Source: a virus. From it: a stretch of 64,000 bases of DNA. Made by a program: the position numbers and the translations under genes. Numbering within the stretch: the first letter of the stretch is position 1; each line of letters begins with the position of its first letter. The notes beneath the pieces are model-generated. The model did no database searches. It worked only from the letters and a program-made list of their open reading frames with translations, and was not told the origin of the DNA. Location: positions 32,484 through 96,483 of IMG/VR virus record IMGVR_UViG_3300022907_000005; one strand, 5' to 3'. Shown here in pieces: positions 1 through 9,663 of this stretch.

Positions 1-563
1 TCGTTGAACATAACCTTGGCATCATTTTTTCTTAGAAAGAACATCGTACCTTTCATAGAGCCAAACTTTCTATCAAAGCACAACTCATCGTCCCATTTAA
101 CATTGAGATAATTTTTATCAAGATTGCTGTACTTGTCTTTGAATGCGCCGTCTCCCGGTCTACCGTCCCAGTGAGGGAAGAACAGATCAACACCCTCAAA
201 ATTCTCTGGGTATTCTGTGAGTACGTCACATATGTTGATACCTGTGTGTGAGAATTCTGCGTGTTCTTTTAGTATAGCATCGTTGTCCATAAACAACGCC
301 CACTCATGTGTGCTATCTGCATAGAAAGCCTCAAGCAATACGTTTCTCGCTTTCCCAGGCGGTACCAAAGCATGCGGTAAATACTGAACGCCAGGTATAT
401 ACTCATCTGCGTAATAGTCTTGTGCTAAAACTTTAATTTCCATATTAGGACAAGTCTTTCGCCAGAATTCAATTTGCTGTTTGTGATTTTCTACCCGGAT
501 GCTTCTCGCTTCTGGTTCATCCTTACTGCCAAAGTAAGATATGATGTATGCTTTCACGTTCAT
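1..563 (-). CDS. Partial GT-A (GT2-like) glycosyltransferase; runs off the window start
   Basis: Not in the ORF track. Read manually: the ATG at 563 overlaps the uvsW stop (ATGA). Translation MNVKAYIISYFGSKDEPEARSIRVENHKQQ...PPGKARNVLLEAFY...EWALFMDNDAIL shows the ARN and DxD motifs typical of GT-A folds. Confidence 0.6.
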   Translation of the reverse strand, partial: MNVKAYIISYFGSKDEPEARSIRVENHKQQIEFWRKTCPNMEIKVLAQDYYADEYIPGVQYLPHALVPPGKARNVLLEAFYADSTHEWALFMDNDAILKEHAEFSHTGINICDVLTEYPENFEGVDLFFPHWDGRPGDGAFKDKYSNLDKNYLNVKWDDELCFDRKFGSMKGTMFFLRKNDAKVMFN

Positions 564-2050
564 TTCTTTTCCCCATAAACATCAAGATTTACTATCTTGT
601 AGTCAAAACTTTCTTCGTTGTACAGCTTGATTCGTTCAATCATGTGGTTCAGTGTGTAGTTCTTCTTAGACTTCCAAGACAGATCATCGCCAACATCATA
701 TAGGTTGCATGTAGTTTTGTCGTCACCTTTCCTAAGCCCTCTACCAATAGACTGTAAGTTTCTTATTCGGGACTTGCTAGGTGATGCGAAGATAACATTG
801 TGCAGGTTTCTTATGTTGATACCTGTAGAGAATGTACCATATGATGCAACAATTATAGCATCATTTGCTTTCTCTGTCAATGCTCTAATCTGCTCACGCT
901 GATCAGTATCAGTGCCGCCGTATACGAAATACACGGGGCGACCATCAGATACTTTGCGTCTAATCATATCGTACAATATTGCGCCATGCTTTTCAACATA
1001 CTGAAATAGTACGAGAGAGTTCCCTTTTTGTGTAGTTGCTAGATTTCTGAGAATCACATTTCTCTTGTCATTAGATACGAGATAATCCATCTCTTCTTGA
1101 TATGACATTCCCTTGACTTTTTTCCTTTCTTCGTCAGGGTATTGTAGGACGATGCAGTTCACTTTTAATTTAGCGATGCTACCTTCGTCCATGAGTTTTT
1201 TTGTGGTAGTGACATTTATCACTGGTCCGAAGCAGCCTTCTAATACCAGTTTATGTGTCTTTGTTCCGTCAAGCGTACCAGTAGCACCGAAGCGATAAGG
1301 CGCATTCTCACATTTATTCATAATGCTAGTTAGTGATTTTGCTTTAAATAAATGCGCCTCGTCTCCATATACAACATCAAATTTCTCAAACCATTTCTTT
1401 GGAAACTTGTATACAGATTGCCACGTTGTTACTGTGATTGGAAATTCATTTGATTTTTCTTTACCACCGTATATACGATGGACATTTTCAGATGCTTGCC
1501 AATCTGTTTCTGATGCATAGTCTTGAAAGTCCCCGTACATTTGCTCCACTAATGAAGTGGTCGGGACAACCAAGAGTTGCTTTTTTCCTAGGCGCTGATA
1601 ATAACGAACCAGGGTAAAAAGAATGAGAGACTTACCACTGCTAGTGGGGCTAAGTAAGAGTTGGCGTCCTGAGCGAATTGCAGTAGACGCGGCTTCAATT
1701 TGATAATCACGGGCTTCAATTGGTTTGCCATTAGTGTGTAGATTTAACTCCTTTGTAAAGTTTTCGATATATGAATTTGATACCGGGTCGCCGATAACGT
1801 CGATATTTATACTTATGGTGTATTCTAGCTGCTTTGCGAATCCTTCTAGATATGATAGCAAGCCTACTGGTAATTCTTTCGCATAGATGTTAAACAGTCT
1901 AGCTTTGCCGTCCCACATGCGTGACTTGTACGCTGGCATAAATCGTGCGCCTGGTACTTCAAAAGTAAAGAAGTCATTGATCTCTTGTAGAGTGCTAACA
2001 TCGCAGTCTACAATCAAATATACTTCATTCTTTTTAGTCACTGTTATCAT
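560..2050 (-). CDS. uvsW: UvsW SF2 DNA helicase
   Basis: RDYQ Q-motif, SPTSSGKS Walker A, DEAH, GATGT and LQSIGRGLR motifs; adjacent to uvsY as in T4. Confidence 0.97.
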   Translation of the reverse strand: MITVTKKNEVYLIVDCDVSTLQEINDFFTFEVPGARFMPAYKSRMWDGKARLFNIYAKELPVGLLSYLEGFAKQLEYTISINIDVIGDPVSNSYIENFTKELNLHTNGKPIEARDYQIEAASTAIRSGRQLLLSPTSSGKSLILFTLVRYYQRLGKKQLLVVPTTSLVEQMYGDFQDYASETDWQASENVHRIYGGKEKSNEFPITVTTWQSVYKFPKKWFEKFDVVYGDEAHLFKAKSLTSIMNKCENAPYRFGATGTLDGTKTHKLVLEGCFGPVINVTTTKKLMDEGSIAKLKVNCIVLQYPDEERKKVKGMSYQEEMDYLVSNDKRNVILRNLATTQKGNSLVLFQYVEKHGAILYDMIRRKVSDGRPVYFVYGGTDTDQREQIRALTEKANDAIIVASYGTFSTGINIRNLHNVIFASPSKSRIRNLQSIGRGLRKGDDKTTCNLYDVGDDLSWKSKKNYTLNHMIERIKLYNEESFDYKIVNLDVYGEKK

Positions 2051-2493
2051 TACAAAAGTCCGTTAGTGAATTTAGTCCACTCTATACTGTTTTTGATGTC
2101 CCACGTTCTACTATTTAGATTGCGTAAAACTCGCTCTAAAAAATCACCGACAGTTGCAATGTACTCAACCTTGTTTGTTTGTTCAATCACATCATCATCT
2201 GAATCGAGCATTTCATTCATATCAGATTTTAGCGGCTTGGGTCCTAGCCATTGGTCCCATCCTAGTGCAACGAGTTCTTCTCTAGACAGTTCACCGCGAA
2301 AGTACGATGTCTTTACCTTGCGCAATTTGTATAGAGCAGCCTGTGATCTGCGCAAATGCAAACGCACATCTGACATGTGATTTAGGTATTTTGAGTGTAG
2401 CTCAGGCGTGCGTGTAGACTCTTTGCCAAGTGATAGTTCATCAATCTTACAGTCTACAGCCCAAGAGTCTTGGAGTTCTTTCAATGTTATCAT
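2050..2493 (-). CDS. uvsY: UvsY recombination mediator
   Basis: LHSKYL and RTWDIKNSIEW motifs; size and position match T4-like uvsY. Confidence 0.93.
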   Translation of the reverse strand: MITLKELQDSWAVDCKIDELSLGKESTRTPELHSKYLNHMSDVRLHLRRSQAALYKLRKVKTSYFRGELSREELVALGWDQWLGPKPLKSDMNEMLDSDDDVIEQTNKVEYIATVGDFLERVLRNLNSRTWDIKNSIEWTKFTNGLL

Positions 2494-2509
2494 AATAATC
2501 TCGAGGTCT

Positions 2510-2549
2510 TATTTATACATATTATACCGCATTACGGTATAGAAGTCAA
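2510..2549 (-). promoter_or_regulatory. Tandem sigma70 promoter (TTGACT-N17-TATAAT) and T4 late promoter (TATAAATA) for uvsY-uvsW
   Basis: Minus strand: -35 TTGACT at 2549-2544, 17-nt spacer, -10 TATAAT at 2526-2521, then TATAAATA at 2517-2510. Confidence 0.8.
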
Positions 2550-2552
2550 GTA

Positions 2553-3140
2553 CTATTTGACCGATTCTACTGTAAACAGTCGATATCTGAATGCTGCGAC
2601 ACCAACAAAGTAGTTTTGATCACCAGAGCTAATGTCGAAATCTAGACCTTCCAAGCTAATCGGGAAGCAGTCTACAAAAGAAATACGATTTGAAGGATTA
2701 TTATTACTATCAAGAACGAAAAGATCAGCATCACTGAACTGACCAAGGTCTTTAGCTCTTTGATTTTGATTCGGAAATCGGTATCGTTGTCCATCTATAT
2801 ACTTTGTAAATTGTTTATGGTCTTCAGGAGAACCCAAGCCTATCATCCAGTCGTACAATTCTTTGTAATTAGCCATATCTTCTTGTACGAGGAATCTAAT
2901 AACTAGCTCACCGAATCTCAGCTTGTCACCGGGAAACGCAAGAGTTGATAGTGGAGTCTCTACTTCAGGAGAACCAATAGACATCTGTGGCAAGTTAGCT
3001 GCCTGACAAAAGAAGGATACATTTGGAATGTTGTGTATCTGAAACTTGAACCCAGTAGGTCTAAGAAAATCTAATTCATCTGGATTCGATGCGCCGGTAT
3101 ATCCTGCTTCTGCTACATTTGTTATTGGATTGTATGCCAT
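2553..3140 (-). CDS. gp3: Tail completion / tube terminator protein gp3
   Basis: FLRPTGFKF, FFCQAANLP, FLVQEDMANY and FVDCFPISL motifs; lies between gp23 and uvsY as in marine T4-like phages. Confidence 0.85.
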   Translation of the reverse strand: MAYNPITNVAEAGYTGASNPDELDFLRPTGFKFQIHNIPNVSFFCQAANLPQMSIGSPEVETPLSTLAFPGDKLRFGELVIRFLVQEDMANYKELYDWMIGLGSPEDHKQFTKYIDGQRYRFPNQNQRAKDLGQFSDADLFVLDSNNNPSNRISFVDCFPISLEGLDFDISSGDQNYFVGVAAFRYRLFTVESVK

Positions 3141-3173
3141 GATAGCTCCTAGTTACTGTATTATTTATAAGGC

Positions 3174-3198
3174 AAAAAAAAGCGCACCGAAGTGCGCT
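3174..3198 (-). terminator. Rho-independent terminator after gp23
   Basis: Minus strand AGCGCAC-TTCG-GTGCGCT followed by a T run; the UUCG tetraloop is typical of T4-like phages. Confidence 0.9.
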
Positions 3199-3247
3199 CT
3201 TAAAATTGTCCTAAGGAAAATTAATTGTCCTTTACGGATTCTTTTTC

Positions 3248-4519
3248 TTACATCAAATTGGTTACCTTAACGGCTCGGTAATATTGATTACGATCAGCAG
3301 TGAACGTATCAGCATCAGTTGTGCCATTGGCTTGTGTTACGAACGGGTTAGCGATCATACCGTAGCGAGTCTTGAAGCCGATCTTTGGCTGGAATGTCGC
3401 TGGGTCGATTGCACGAACCATCTGTAAAGGAACATATGGGCAGTAGAAAATACCTGCGTCATAAGCACTAGAACCTTTGTATCCTGCAACGTAGAACTGA
3501 CTAGCAGCGCCTGTGTTAGCTGAATAAGGATCGATGAATACTTTGTAACGACCGTTCAATGTACCAGCAAATGTGTTGCCAGTGTCATCAACGTTTAAGT
3601 CTGTAGACAAAGCAGGAGTATAGTCAAGAACGCCTGACATAGCTAAAGCACTTGCAACGTCTGCTGAACAGATGATGAAGTTACCTTTTCCACGCCTTGT
3701 GTCTTGTGCGATTACGTTTGCATCACGCTCGATGTTGAACAACAAGCCTTTGAAACGCTCTACAGACCAACGACCGTTAGAGTCAACGTCCAAGTCGAAA
3801 GTACCAGGAGTTGCAGTAGATGCAGCACCAGGCTTAGCGACTTTGTAGATTGTGCGAATTACTTCGCGGTTAATTTCAGCAAGAATTTCTTGAGACAAGA
3901 TGTTGCTCAACTCGCCTTCTGCGTCAAGACCGTGTACTGCTTTCAAGTCTTGTGCAAGTTCTACTGTGTACTCAGCTTTCAACGCGCGGGTCTTAGCAGT
4001 AACAGTTGTCTTTTCGATGCTGAATGCCATCTCATTAAGAGTAACACTGTCACCGAAGTCCTCGCCAGTTGCTGTTGCAACGCCAGTACCTGTTGTGTAA
4101 GCACCATCTACTGGGTTAGAACCGTCATGAGCACCAGCGCCAGAGAAGTCAGTATCGGCTTCGTTGAACAGTGCTTCAGCGCCGGCCTGTGTGCCGTAGT
4201 GTGACTTCATAGCAAAGATAAGACCAGTAGGTCCAGTCATTGGCTGAACGCCAGCGACATCATATGCCATAAGGTTAGGAAGTGCGCGTCTTACCAATGA
4301 GATAAGAATCGGATCGTAGTTGTCGATTCCGCCACCAGTTACGCTGTTGCTAGGTGCTGCTTCTGAAAACAGAGCTTGCTTTTCTTCACGAAGAGCTTTC
4401 TCTTGGTTTTCCAGAATAACAGTAGTAACGGCGCGCTTGTGCGGGTCTTTAATGGCAGGCAAGTCAGCGTGTTCGAGGACAGGACTCCATTTCTGTTGTA
4501 ATTGCTCTGAAAGATACAT
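3248..4519 (-). CDS. gp23: Major capsid protein gp23
   Basis: KWSPVLEH, GVQPMTGPTGLIFAM, RALKAEYTVELAQDLKAVHGLDAE and FQPKIGFKTRYG motifs. Confidence 0.99.
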   Translation of the reverse strand: MYLSEQLQQKWSPVLEHADLPAIKDPHKRAVTTVILENQEKALREEKQALFSEAAPSNSVTGGGIDNYDPILISLVRRALPNLMAYDVAGVQPMTGPTGLIFAMKSHYGTQAGAEALFNEADTDFSGAGAHDGSNPVDGAYTTGTGVATATGEDFGDSVTLNEMAFSIEKTTVTAKTRALKAEYTVELAQDLKAVHGLDAEGELSNILSQEILAEINREVIRTIYKVAKPGAASTATPGTFDLDVDSNGRWSVERFKGLLFNIERDANVIAQDTRRGKGNFIICSADVASALAMSGVLDYTPALSTDLNVDDTGNTFAGTLNGRYKVFIDPYSANTGAASQFYVAGYKGSSAYDAGIFYCPYVPLQMVRAIDPATFQPKIGFKTRYGMIANPFVTQANGTTDADTFTADRNQYYRAVKVTNLM

Positions 4520-4560
4520 TTAAGTTTCTCCTTACTTGGTTGTGTATATAATATTATTAC

Positions 4561-4568
4561 TATTTATA
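4561..4568 (-). promoter_or_regulatory. T4 late promoter upstream of gp23
   Basis: TATAAATA on the minus strand, followed by an AAGGAG Shine-Dalgarno before the ATG. Confidence 0.85.
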
Positions 4569-4573
4569 AAAAA

Positions 4574-5728
4574 TTACTTTTTGACTGCTTTGCTAATAGA
4601 CTGCGTGTATATAGCCATTGCATTGTTTTCGGTAATGAATTCTTCTTCTACCGTATCTTGCATTTTGTCTTCGGTTGTAGCCTTAACCTTAGGGAAATAA
4701 TTCTCTTTGATTACAGATACTTTCTCAGCAAACATGTCTTCAGTATCAAACTCAACGTTCTCAACCAATTTAGCAAGTTTTTCGGCTTCTGTTACGGTCA
4801 GATCAGTAGACGCTTCAGTTAGTGCCTGTTGACGTTGAAGTGCTACTTTTTCAGAAACCATTGCAATTTTCTCTGCAACGTTCTCGTCCAACTTAGTCTT
4901 CAGTTCATCAATTTGAGTCTGCATTTCACCTAGTACGTCATACTTCTCAGCAGGTACTTCGATGTAATGATCTTCAAACAAGCCCTTCATGCCTTTGATA
5001 AAGTCTTCAGTAATTTCTGTCCTGAGTCCTCGCTCAATTGCAAGTTCGTTTTCCTTCATCCAATTTTCAGCAACATATGAAAGATACGCATCGATCTTCT
5101 CGACCATATCAGTACGGAACTCTTCTTCCGCTAATTTTGCTTCTTCTCGAATGTCAGATTCAATAGCGTCAATTTCTGATGCTACTCTAGCAGTTAGTAC
5201 TGCTTCAAAGATAGATGCAGCTTTTACTTTGAAGTCTTCGCTTAGATGTTCTTCGTCAGCAAATAGTGAAGCGATATCATGCTCTACTAGTTCACTTTCG
5301 TCTTCAGCGGAAATTTCTTCTACTTCATCTTCAGCGATAACTTCCTGATCTTCTTCAACTTCTACTTCTTCCTCTTCGCGGACGCCAGCAGATGTTGGGT
5401 TGTTTACAACAGACGCAGAGTCTGTGCCACTGTCATAGTTTGGAGCTTGTCCAGCGCCGTTACCTTTAGGCAGTGTTGTGTCTTTGGATGCTTTTGCAGA
5501 TGCAGCTTTTCCAACAGGTGAAGTTAATCCACCTTTGTCATCTGATCCTGATAAGTCTTCCTGTTCTGGATTAGCATTTGAGTCACCCTGTGTAGGGATA
5601 GTCTTGTCACCAACATCTTTCGAGTTTGGTAAACCAGCCTTTTCCTCAATGCTTTGAGCTTCTTCAACAAGGGTGTCTACTTCACCGACCTTGCCAAGGA
5701 GCTCTCTGATTTTGGATTCAACAGCCAT
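4574..5728 (-). CDS. gp22: Prohead scaffold/core protein gp22 with an extended N-terminus
   Basis: LSEDFKVKAASIFEA, YLSYVAENWMKENELAIERGLRTE and IKENYF motifs; acidic; lies between gp21 and gp23. Confidence 0.95.
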   Translation of the reverse strand: MAVESKIRELLGKVGEVDTLVEEAQSIEEKAGLPNSKDVGDKTIPTQGDSNANPEQEDLSGSDDKGGLTSPVGKAASAKASKDTTLPKGNGAGQAPNYDSGTDSASVVNNPTSAGVREEEEVEVEEDQEVIAEDEVEEISAEDESELVEHDIASLFADEEHLSEDFKVKAASIFEAVLTARVASEIDAIESDIREEAKLAEEEFRTDMVEKIDAYLSYVAENWMKENELAIERGLRTEITEDFIKGMKGLFEDHYIEVPAEKYDVLGEMQTQIDELKTKLDENVAEKIAMVSEKVALQRQQALTEASTDLTVTEAEKLAKLVENVEFDTEDMFAEKVSVIKENYFPKVKATTEDKMQDTVEEEFITENNAMAIYTQSISKAVKK

Positions 5729-5759
5729 TTAATGTCTCCTTAAAGTTTGTTAACTTGTT

Positions 5760-5767
5760 TATTTATA
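5760..5767 (-). promoter_or_regulatory. T4 late promoter upstream of gp22
   Basis: TATAAATA on the minus strand. Confidence 0.8.
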
Positions 5768-5772
5768 TAAAT

Positions 5773-6429
5773 TTAAATTTTGGATAACTTGTTCAAGAAT
5801 GAGCTAAACACCTGAATCTTCGCTTCTTCTAGTTCACGGCTAGATGCTTTGCGAATTGTTTGTTGTGCCTGTTCCATATCCCTTGCAGTCCAGATACCGT
5901 CAACCATTACCCATTCTCTATTTTCCATAATACCTTCAACATATGCATCTGGTGCAGAAGGATCTGCTACGATGTCAGCGGCTGTTGCCAGCATAAAATC
6001 GTTTTGGACTTCATTGATTCCATTCTTTTCTTTAATGGATCCAAGCCCTCTTGAACTGACGCCTAACTGAGCGCCTGCTTCAATTAAATTAGCTGCGATT
6101 TTTCCCATTGGAGTGTCTAAAATCTTAGCTTTACCTATCCAGTTATCGCCGTCTTCTTTCAATGATACGATCATGTGTGACACGCGATCAAGATTAAGTG
6201 ACGGTCCTTCTGGGTGACCAAGTTCGCCTAATGCTCTCTTCTTGTCAATACTTTCGGCGGTGTATCGTGCGACTTCATTTCGCATAACTTCTTTAGGGTA
6301 TACTCTGCCGTTACGATTTTTTAAATTTGATTGTAGGAAAACGCCCTCGATGAAAAGATTCTTCTTTCCATCTTTGCTTTCTTCTAAAAAGTATTGAACG
6401 TCTTCATTTAATTCTTTGATTAATCTCAT
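5773..6429 (-). CDS. gp21: Prohead protease gp21
   Basis: IEGVFLQ, NRNGRVYP, ALGELGHP, GVSSRGLGS and DIVADPSAPDA motifs. Confidence 0.98.
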   Translation of the reverse strand: MRLIKELNEDVQYFLEESKDGKKNLFIEGVFLQSNLKNRNGRVYPKEVMRNEVARYTAESIDKKRALGELGHPEGPSLNLDRVSHMIVSLKEDGDNWIGKAKILDTPMGKIAANLIEAGAQLGVSSRGLGSIKEKNGINEVQNDFMLATAADIVADPSAPDAYVEGIMENREWVMVDGIWTARDMEQAQQTIRKASSRELEEAKIQVFSSFLNKLSKI

Positions 6430-6824
6430 TAGCCTAGATCTCCATCAGCGCCTTGGTGTTGTTGTGAGCCGTAACCTGCAATCTTTGCTGCCTGTACAAT
6501 TACTGTACCACCAGCGCCAGTGACACTAACGACAATATCAGACTCGTTCTCTCTGTTATCAGAGAAGCCGAAAAATTCTAATTTTCCTGACATGTGTAAA
6601 GTATGCAGCAAGACACTGTTTCTTGTGATAGTAGCAGTCGCACCATCACCGAGTGTCCAATAAATGGCACTAATATCTACAACCGGGGTACCTACAGTTT
6701 CTGTTGATTTTTTAAGTTCATTATTCAAACGAATTGTCTGAGCAGCAGGTGTACTGCCATCTTCAGAGACAACAGTAACACCTTGAACCTGTGTTAATTT
6801 AAGATTTGCTTGAGTAGATGCCAT
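6429..6824 (-). CDS. Hypothetical head-cluster protein
   Basis: 131-aa ORF whose stop abuts the gp21 start; SD present; no function recognised. Confidence 0.7.
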   Translation of the reverse strand: MASTQANLKLTQVQGVTVVSEDGSTPAAQTIRLNNELKKSTETVGTPVVDISAIYWTLGDGATATITRNSVLLHTLHMSGKLEFFGFSDNRENESDIVVSVTGAGGTVIVQAAKIAGYGSQQHQGADGDLG

Positions 6825-6837
6825 TTAGTTTTATCCC

Positions 6838-7275
6838 CTACTTCTTTTTCTTGTGATTCATATGGGAACCTTCTTCTAGCACTTCCATGCTATAAGTCTC
6901 ACACGTTTCGATTCCATGTTCAAACATAACTTTATACCACCAGACGGTGCCATTTGCATCTGGTTCAGCATGCTCACCCATGATCGGCTTACCTTCACCA
7001 AACTTAGGATGCACTACTTTAGTTGCGCAATTGTGTGTCAACTTAGGATCTTCAGAGTCACCCTGCTTTGGAGGTGTAGTATCACCTTCAGTGCTAGGCG
7101 CTTGGGGGTGCGCGGCAGTTGGCTTTTCTTTAGAAGTTTTAGCAACTGGCATCGCTTCTTCTGCTGCCATCTTTGCTAGTTGCTTTTGCTTTCTAGCGGC
7201 TCGACGTTCTGCTTTTGCGCGAATATCTCCCGCATCGTCTGCGGCAGATTCTCTAAACTCGTTAAATTTTTTCAT
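6838..7275 (-). CDS. Prohead core / internal protein candidate (gp68 position)
   Basis: Probable start MKKFNEFRES at 7275 (an F-x-x-F N-terminus like T4 capsid-targeting leaders); C-terminal HNCATKVVHPKFGEG...FEHGIE domain. Confidence 0.6.
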   Translation of the reverse strand: MKKFNEFRESAADDAGDIRAKAERRAARKQKQLAKMAAEEAMPVAKTSKEKPTAAHPQAPSTEGDTTPPKQGDSEDPKLTHNCATKVVHPKFGEGKPIMGEHAEPDANGTVWWYKVMFEHGIETCETYSMEVLEEGSHMNHKKKK

Positions 7276-7594
7276 CTGATCCTTGACCCTGTTGGGGTTC
7301 CTCCGATTCTGTTTCCGGTAGTTCATCGTCCTCCACCTCTACTTGAGTTTCATCGTTATCCATCTCTGCATATTCAACGTCGGTTTCAATCGCATCGTTG
7401 TATATAGCAGCGGCTATATCTGCTTTTTTATCAGCAACTAAATCGTCAGCGCGTACATTCATGATCCCATTAAAAGAATCTTGTGCGTCTGTCAGTTCTC
7501 CGTTAGCCCACTTGTCCATCATATCTCTGATGGCATCCTGTCTAGCATCTTCTGGGCTAACTTCTAATTCGATTTCTGTTTCAACTTCACTCAT
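7262..7594 (-). CDS. Acidic prohead core protein (gp67 position)
   Basis: Very acidic ORF directly after the portal gene; probable start MSEVETE at 7594. Confidence 0.65.
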   Translation of the reverse strand: MSEVETEIELEVSPEDARQDAIRDMMDKWANGELTDAQDSFNGIMNVRADDLVADKKADIAAAIYNDAIETDVEYAEMDNDETQVEVEDDELPETESEEPQQGQGSDEKI

Positions 7595-9092
7595 TATTAT
7601 CACCTTCTGGTTTTGGTTCGCTTGCAATCTGAGAATTAATCTCTGTTATTTCTTCATCACTGAGCATAAGAATTTTCTTCTGAACATACTCTCGACTGAA
7701 GAATTGTCCTACGAATGGCGCAACACCATTCAATACTTCTGTTCTACTTCTAAGAATTTCCTGATCTTTCGATTCAGTGTAGTAGGCATCTGAGGCAAAC
7801 TTATATATGATTGTCTCTCTAATATCAGCCCATTCATCTTCTTTGATGACCCCTTTTAATACTAACTGAGTCTTTAACAAGTCATCAAAAAGTACACTGA
7901 ACCTACGTCTTAGCTTAGAAATAAATTTAACAAACTTCAATTCATCTCTATTTATCTCGGCGCTACGACCGAAATTTAAACCTGCTTGCTGTTCTAAACG
8001 AGAGACAGGCACGTTCAAAGATTGGTATAACTTTCTTTGGAAGTACTCTATGTCGCCTGTCTCACCTAGATTTGAACCTCCAGGTAATGTCTGAATCTCT
8101 GTGCCTCTGCCACCCTCTCTTCGTGGTAACCAGAAGTCTTCAAGCATAGACATGAATTTCTTATCATCGCGGATCTCGCCAGTAGAGGCATCGTATACTA
8201 ATTTGTTACGATAGCGATCCATAATATCTTTTAAGTATTGCTCTGCTTTCATTCTAGGCAGATTGCCTGTATCTACATAAAAGATTCTTCGTTCTGGTGC
8301 GCGAGTGATACGATAGATCACCGCAGCGTTTTCCATCATTCTTAACTGATTCGCTGGACGAATCGCTTTATGTAAGAATGACAAAGGAATATTTTTATCT
8401 TGATCTACTAGTCCTGATGGGCAGTATGCAATTGCATCTTTAGTAATACGCAACGCTTTGCTATCATGCAATGCATTATTTGACTGTATTTGCCCAGGCT
8501 TACTAGCAATTCCTTTATCATCGTATACAAAATATTCTTTAATTTCTTTAATGAAATTGACGCCTGTATTCGGATCCTTTTCCTTTTTAACATCTCGTAT
8601 TAAACGTATTTTTCTAGGGTCGATATATCTAATATCAGTAATGCCCTGCTTTGGCTTTTGCATGTCAATCACTTTGTGAAAGTAGATTAGACCGTCAATA
8701 TACCAACGTCTAAAATAATCTTGCGCTCTATTGTTAAAGTCAAACAATTTCAGCACTTCATTGAATTCATCGTGTATTGCTTTTTTTACAGCGGCAGAAA
8801 CATTCACCGAATCAGTATCAACTGAGACGGGTCTCTCATCATCTAGATTTGAAATAGTGTCGTTGACGATATCTTCAATAGCAGTATCTACATCTGCCAT
8901 CATAGAGATGTCACGATATCTTTTTATCAATTGCTCTTGAGTGTTTGCAACACCGTCGATGTCCAAGTAAGTGCCATAGTGTCCGCCAGCATTGCGAACG
9001 GTATCTATAGCACCGTCTTCAGAAGGAGGCACAAACGACTTTTCAGACGCGAGTGCCTTTTTCCTGTTTATTTCAAACCCAAATATTTCCAT
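7587..9092 (-). CDS. gp20: Portal vertex protein gp20
   Basis: YRITRAPERRIFYVDTGNLP and MLEDFWLPRREGGRGTEI motifs. Confidence 0.99.
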   Translation of the reverse strand: MEIFGFEINRKKALASEKSFVPPSEDGAIDTVRNAGGHYGTYLDIDGVANTQEQLIKRYRDISMMADVDTAIEDIVNDTISNLDDERPVSVDTDSVNVSAAVKKAIHDEFNEVLKLFDFNNRAQDYFRRWYIDGLIYFHKVIDMQKPKQGITDIRYIDPRKIRLIRDVKKEKDPNTGVNFIKEIKEYFVYDDKGIASKPGQIQSNNALHDSKALRITKDAIAYCPSGLVDQDKNIPLSFLHKAIRPANQLRMMENAAVIYRITRAPERRIFYVDTGNLPRMKAEQYLKDIMDRYRNKLVYDASTGEIRDDKKFMSMLEDFWLPRREGGRGTEIQTLPGGSNLGETGDIEYFQRKLYQSLNVPVSRLEQQAGLNFGRSAEINRDELKFVKFISKLRRRFSVLFDDLLKTQLVLKGVIKEDEWADIRETIIYKFASDAYYTESKDQEILRSRTEVLNGVAPFVGQFFSREYVQKKILMLSDEEITEINSQIASEPKPEGDNNE

Positions 9093-9119
9093 TATAATCT
9101 CCTAATCCACACTATGTAT

Positions 9120-9635
9120 TTATCTTACATCGTAGTGGGTGTATTGGAATGTCACTGTAAATTCTTCAAGGACGTCGTTCTGTGCATATTGCAATGCGAT
9201 TTCAGACATGTTGATAGGGAAAGCATTGTTTAATGTGTAAGTGCCACCTGGCAATACGTCATTGTTTCTATCCAAATGCTTCACTACTATGTCTGCTTGA
9301 TATTCACTTGGTGTAAGAACACCTGTGTTATCTTCACGACCGTTCATGCCGTTCATCCATTCTTCAAAGGGTTGACGTAAAGAAAATCCTGAATCGTTAA
9401 CAATCGTAATTGTCCACGGATCAAAAATTCTTTCGCCAGCTAGTTTGATCTCACGACCTCTGTACTGAATGATAGCTGGGTTTACGTTAGAAGCGGGCAA
9501 TGCAGCACCCGTAACCAGAAGACTGTAAGACGGATCAACACCGCCTACATATCCTGGGAACGTTAAGTCCACTTCAAATTGATTGGGTCTCGCTCCACCA
9601 GCGCCCAATCTTGCTTTAAAATCTTCAATATTCAT
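9120..9635 (-). CDS. gp19: Tail tube protein gp19
   Basis: GGARPNQFEV, YRGREIKLAGERIFDPWTITI and EEFTVTFQY motifs. Confidence 0.97.
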   Translation of the reverse strand: MNIEDFKARLGAGGARPNQFEVDLTFPGYVGGVDPSYSLLVTGAALPASNVNPAIIQYRGREIKLAGERIFDPWTITIVNDSGFSLRQPFEEWMNGMNGREDNTGVLTPSEYQADIVVKHLDRNNDVLPGGTYTLNNAFPINMSEIALQYAQNDVLEEFTVTFQYTHYDVR

Positions 9636-9663
9636 TGAATTGTTCTCCTGTTGATTCTATTTA

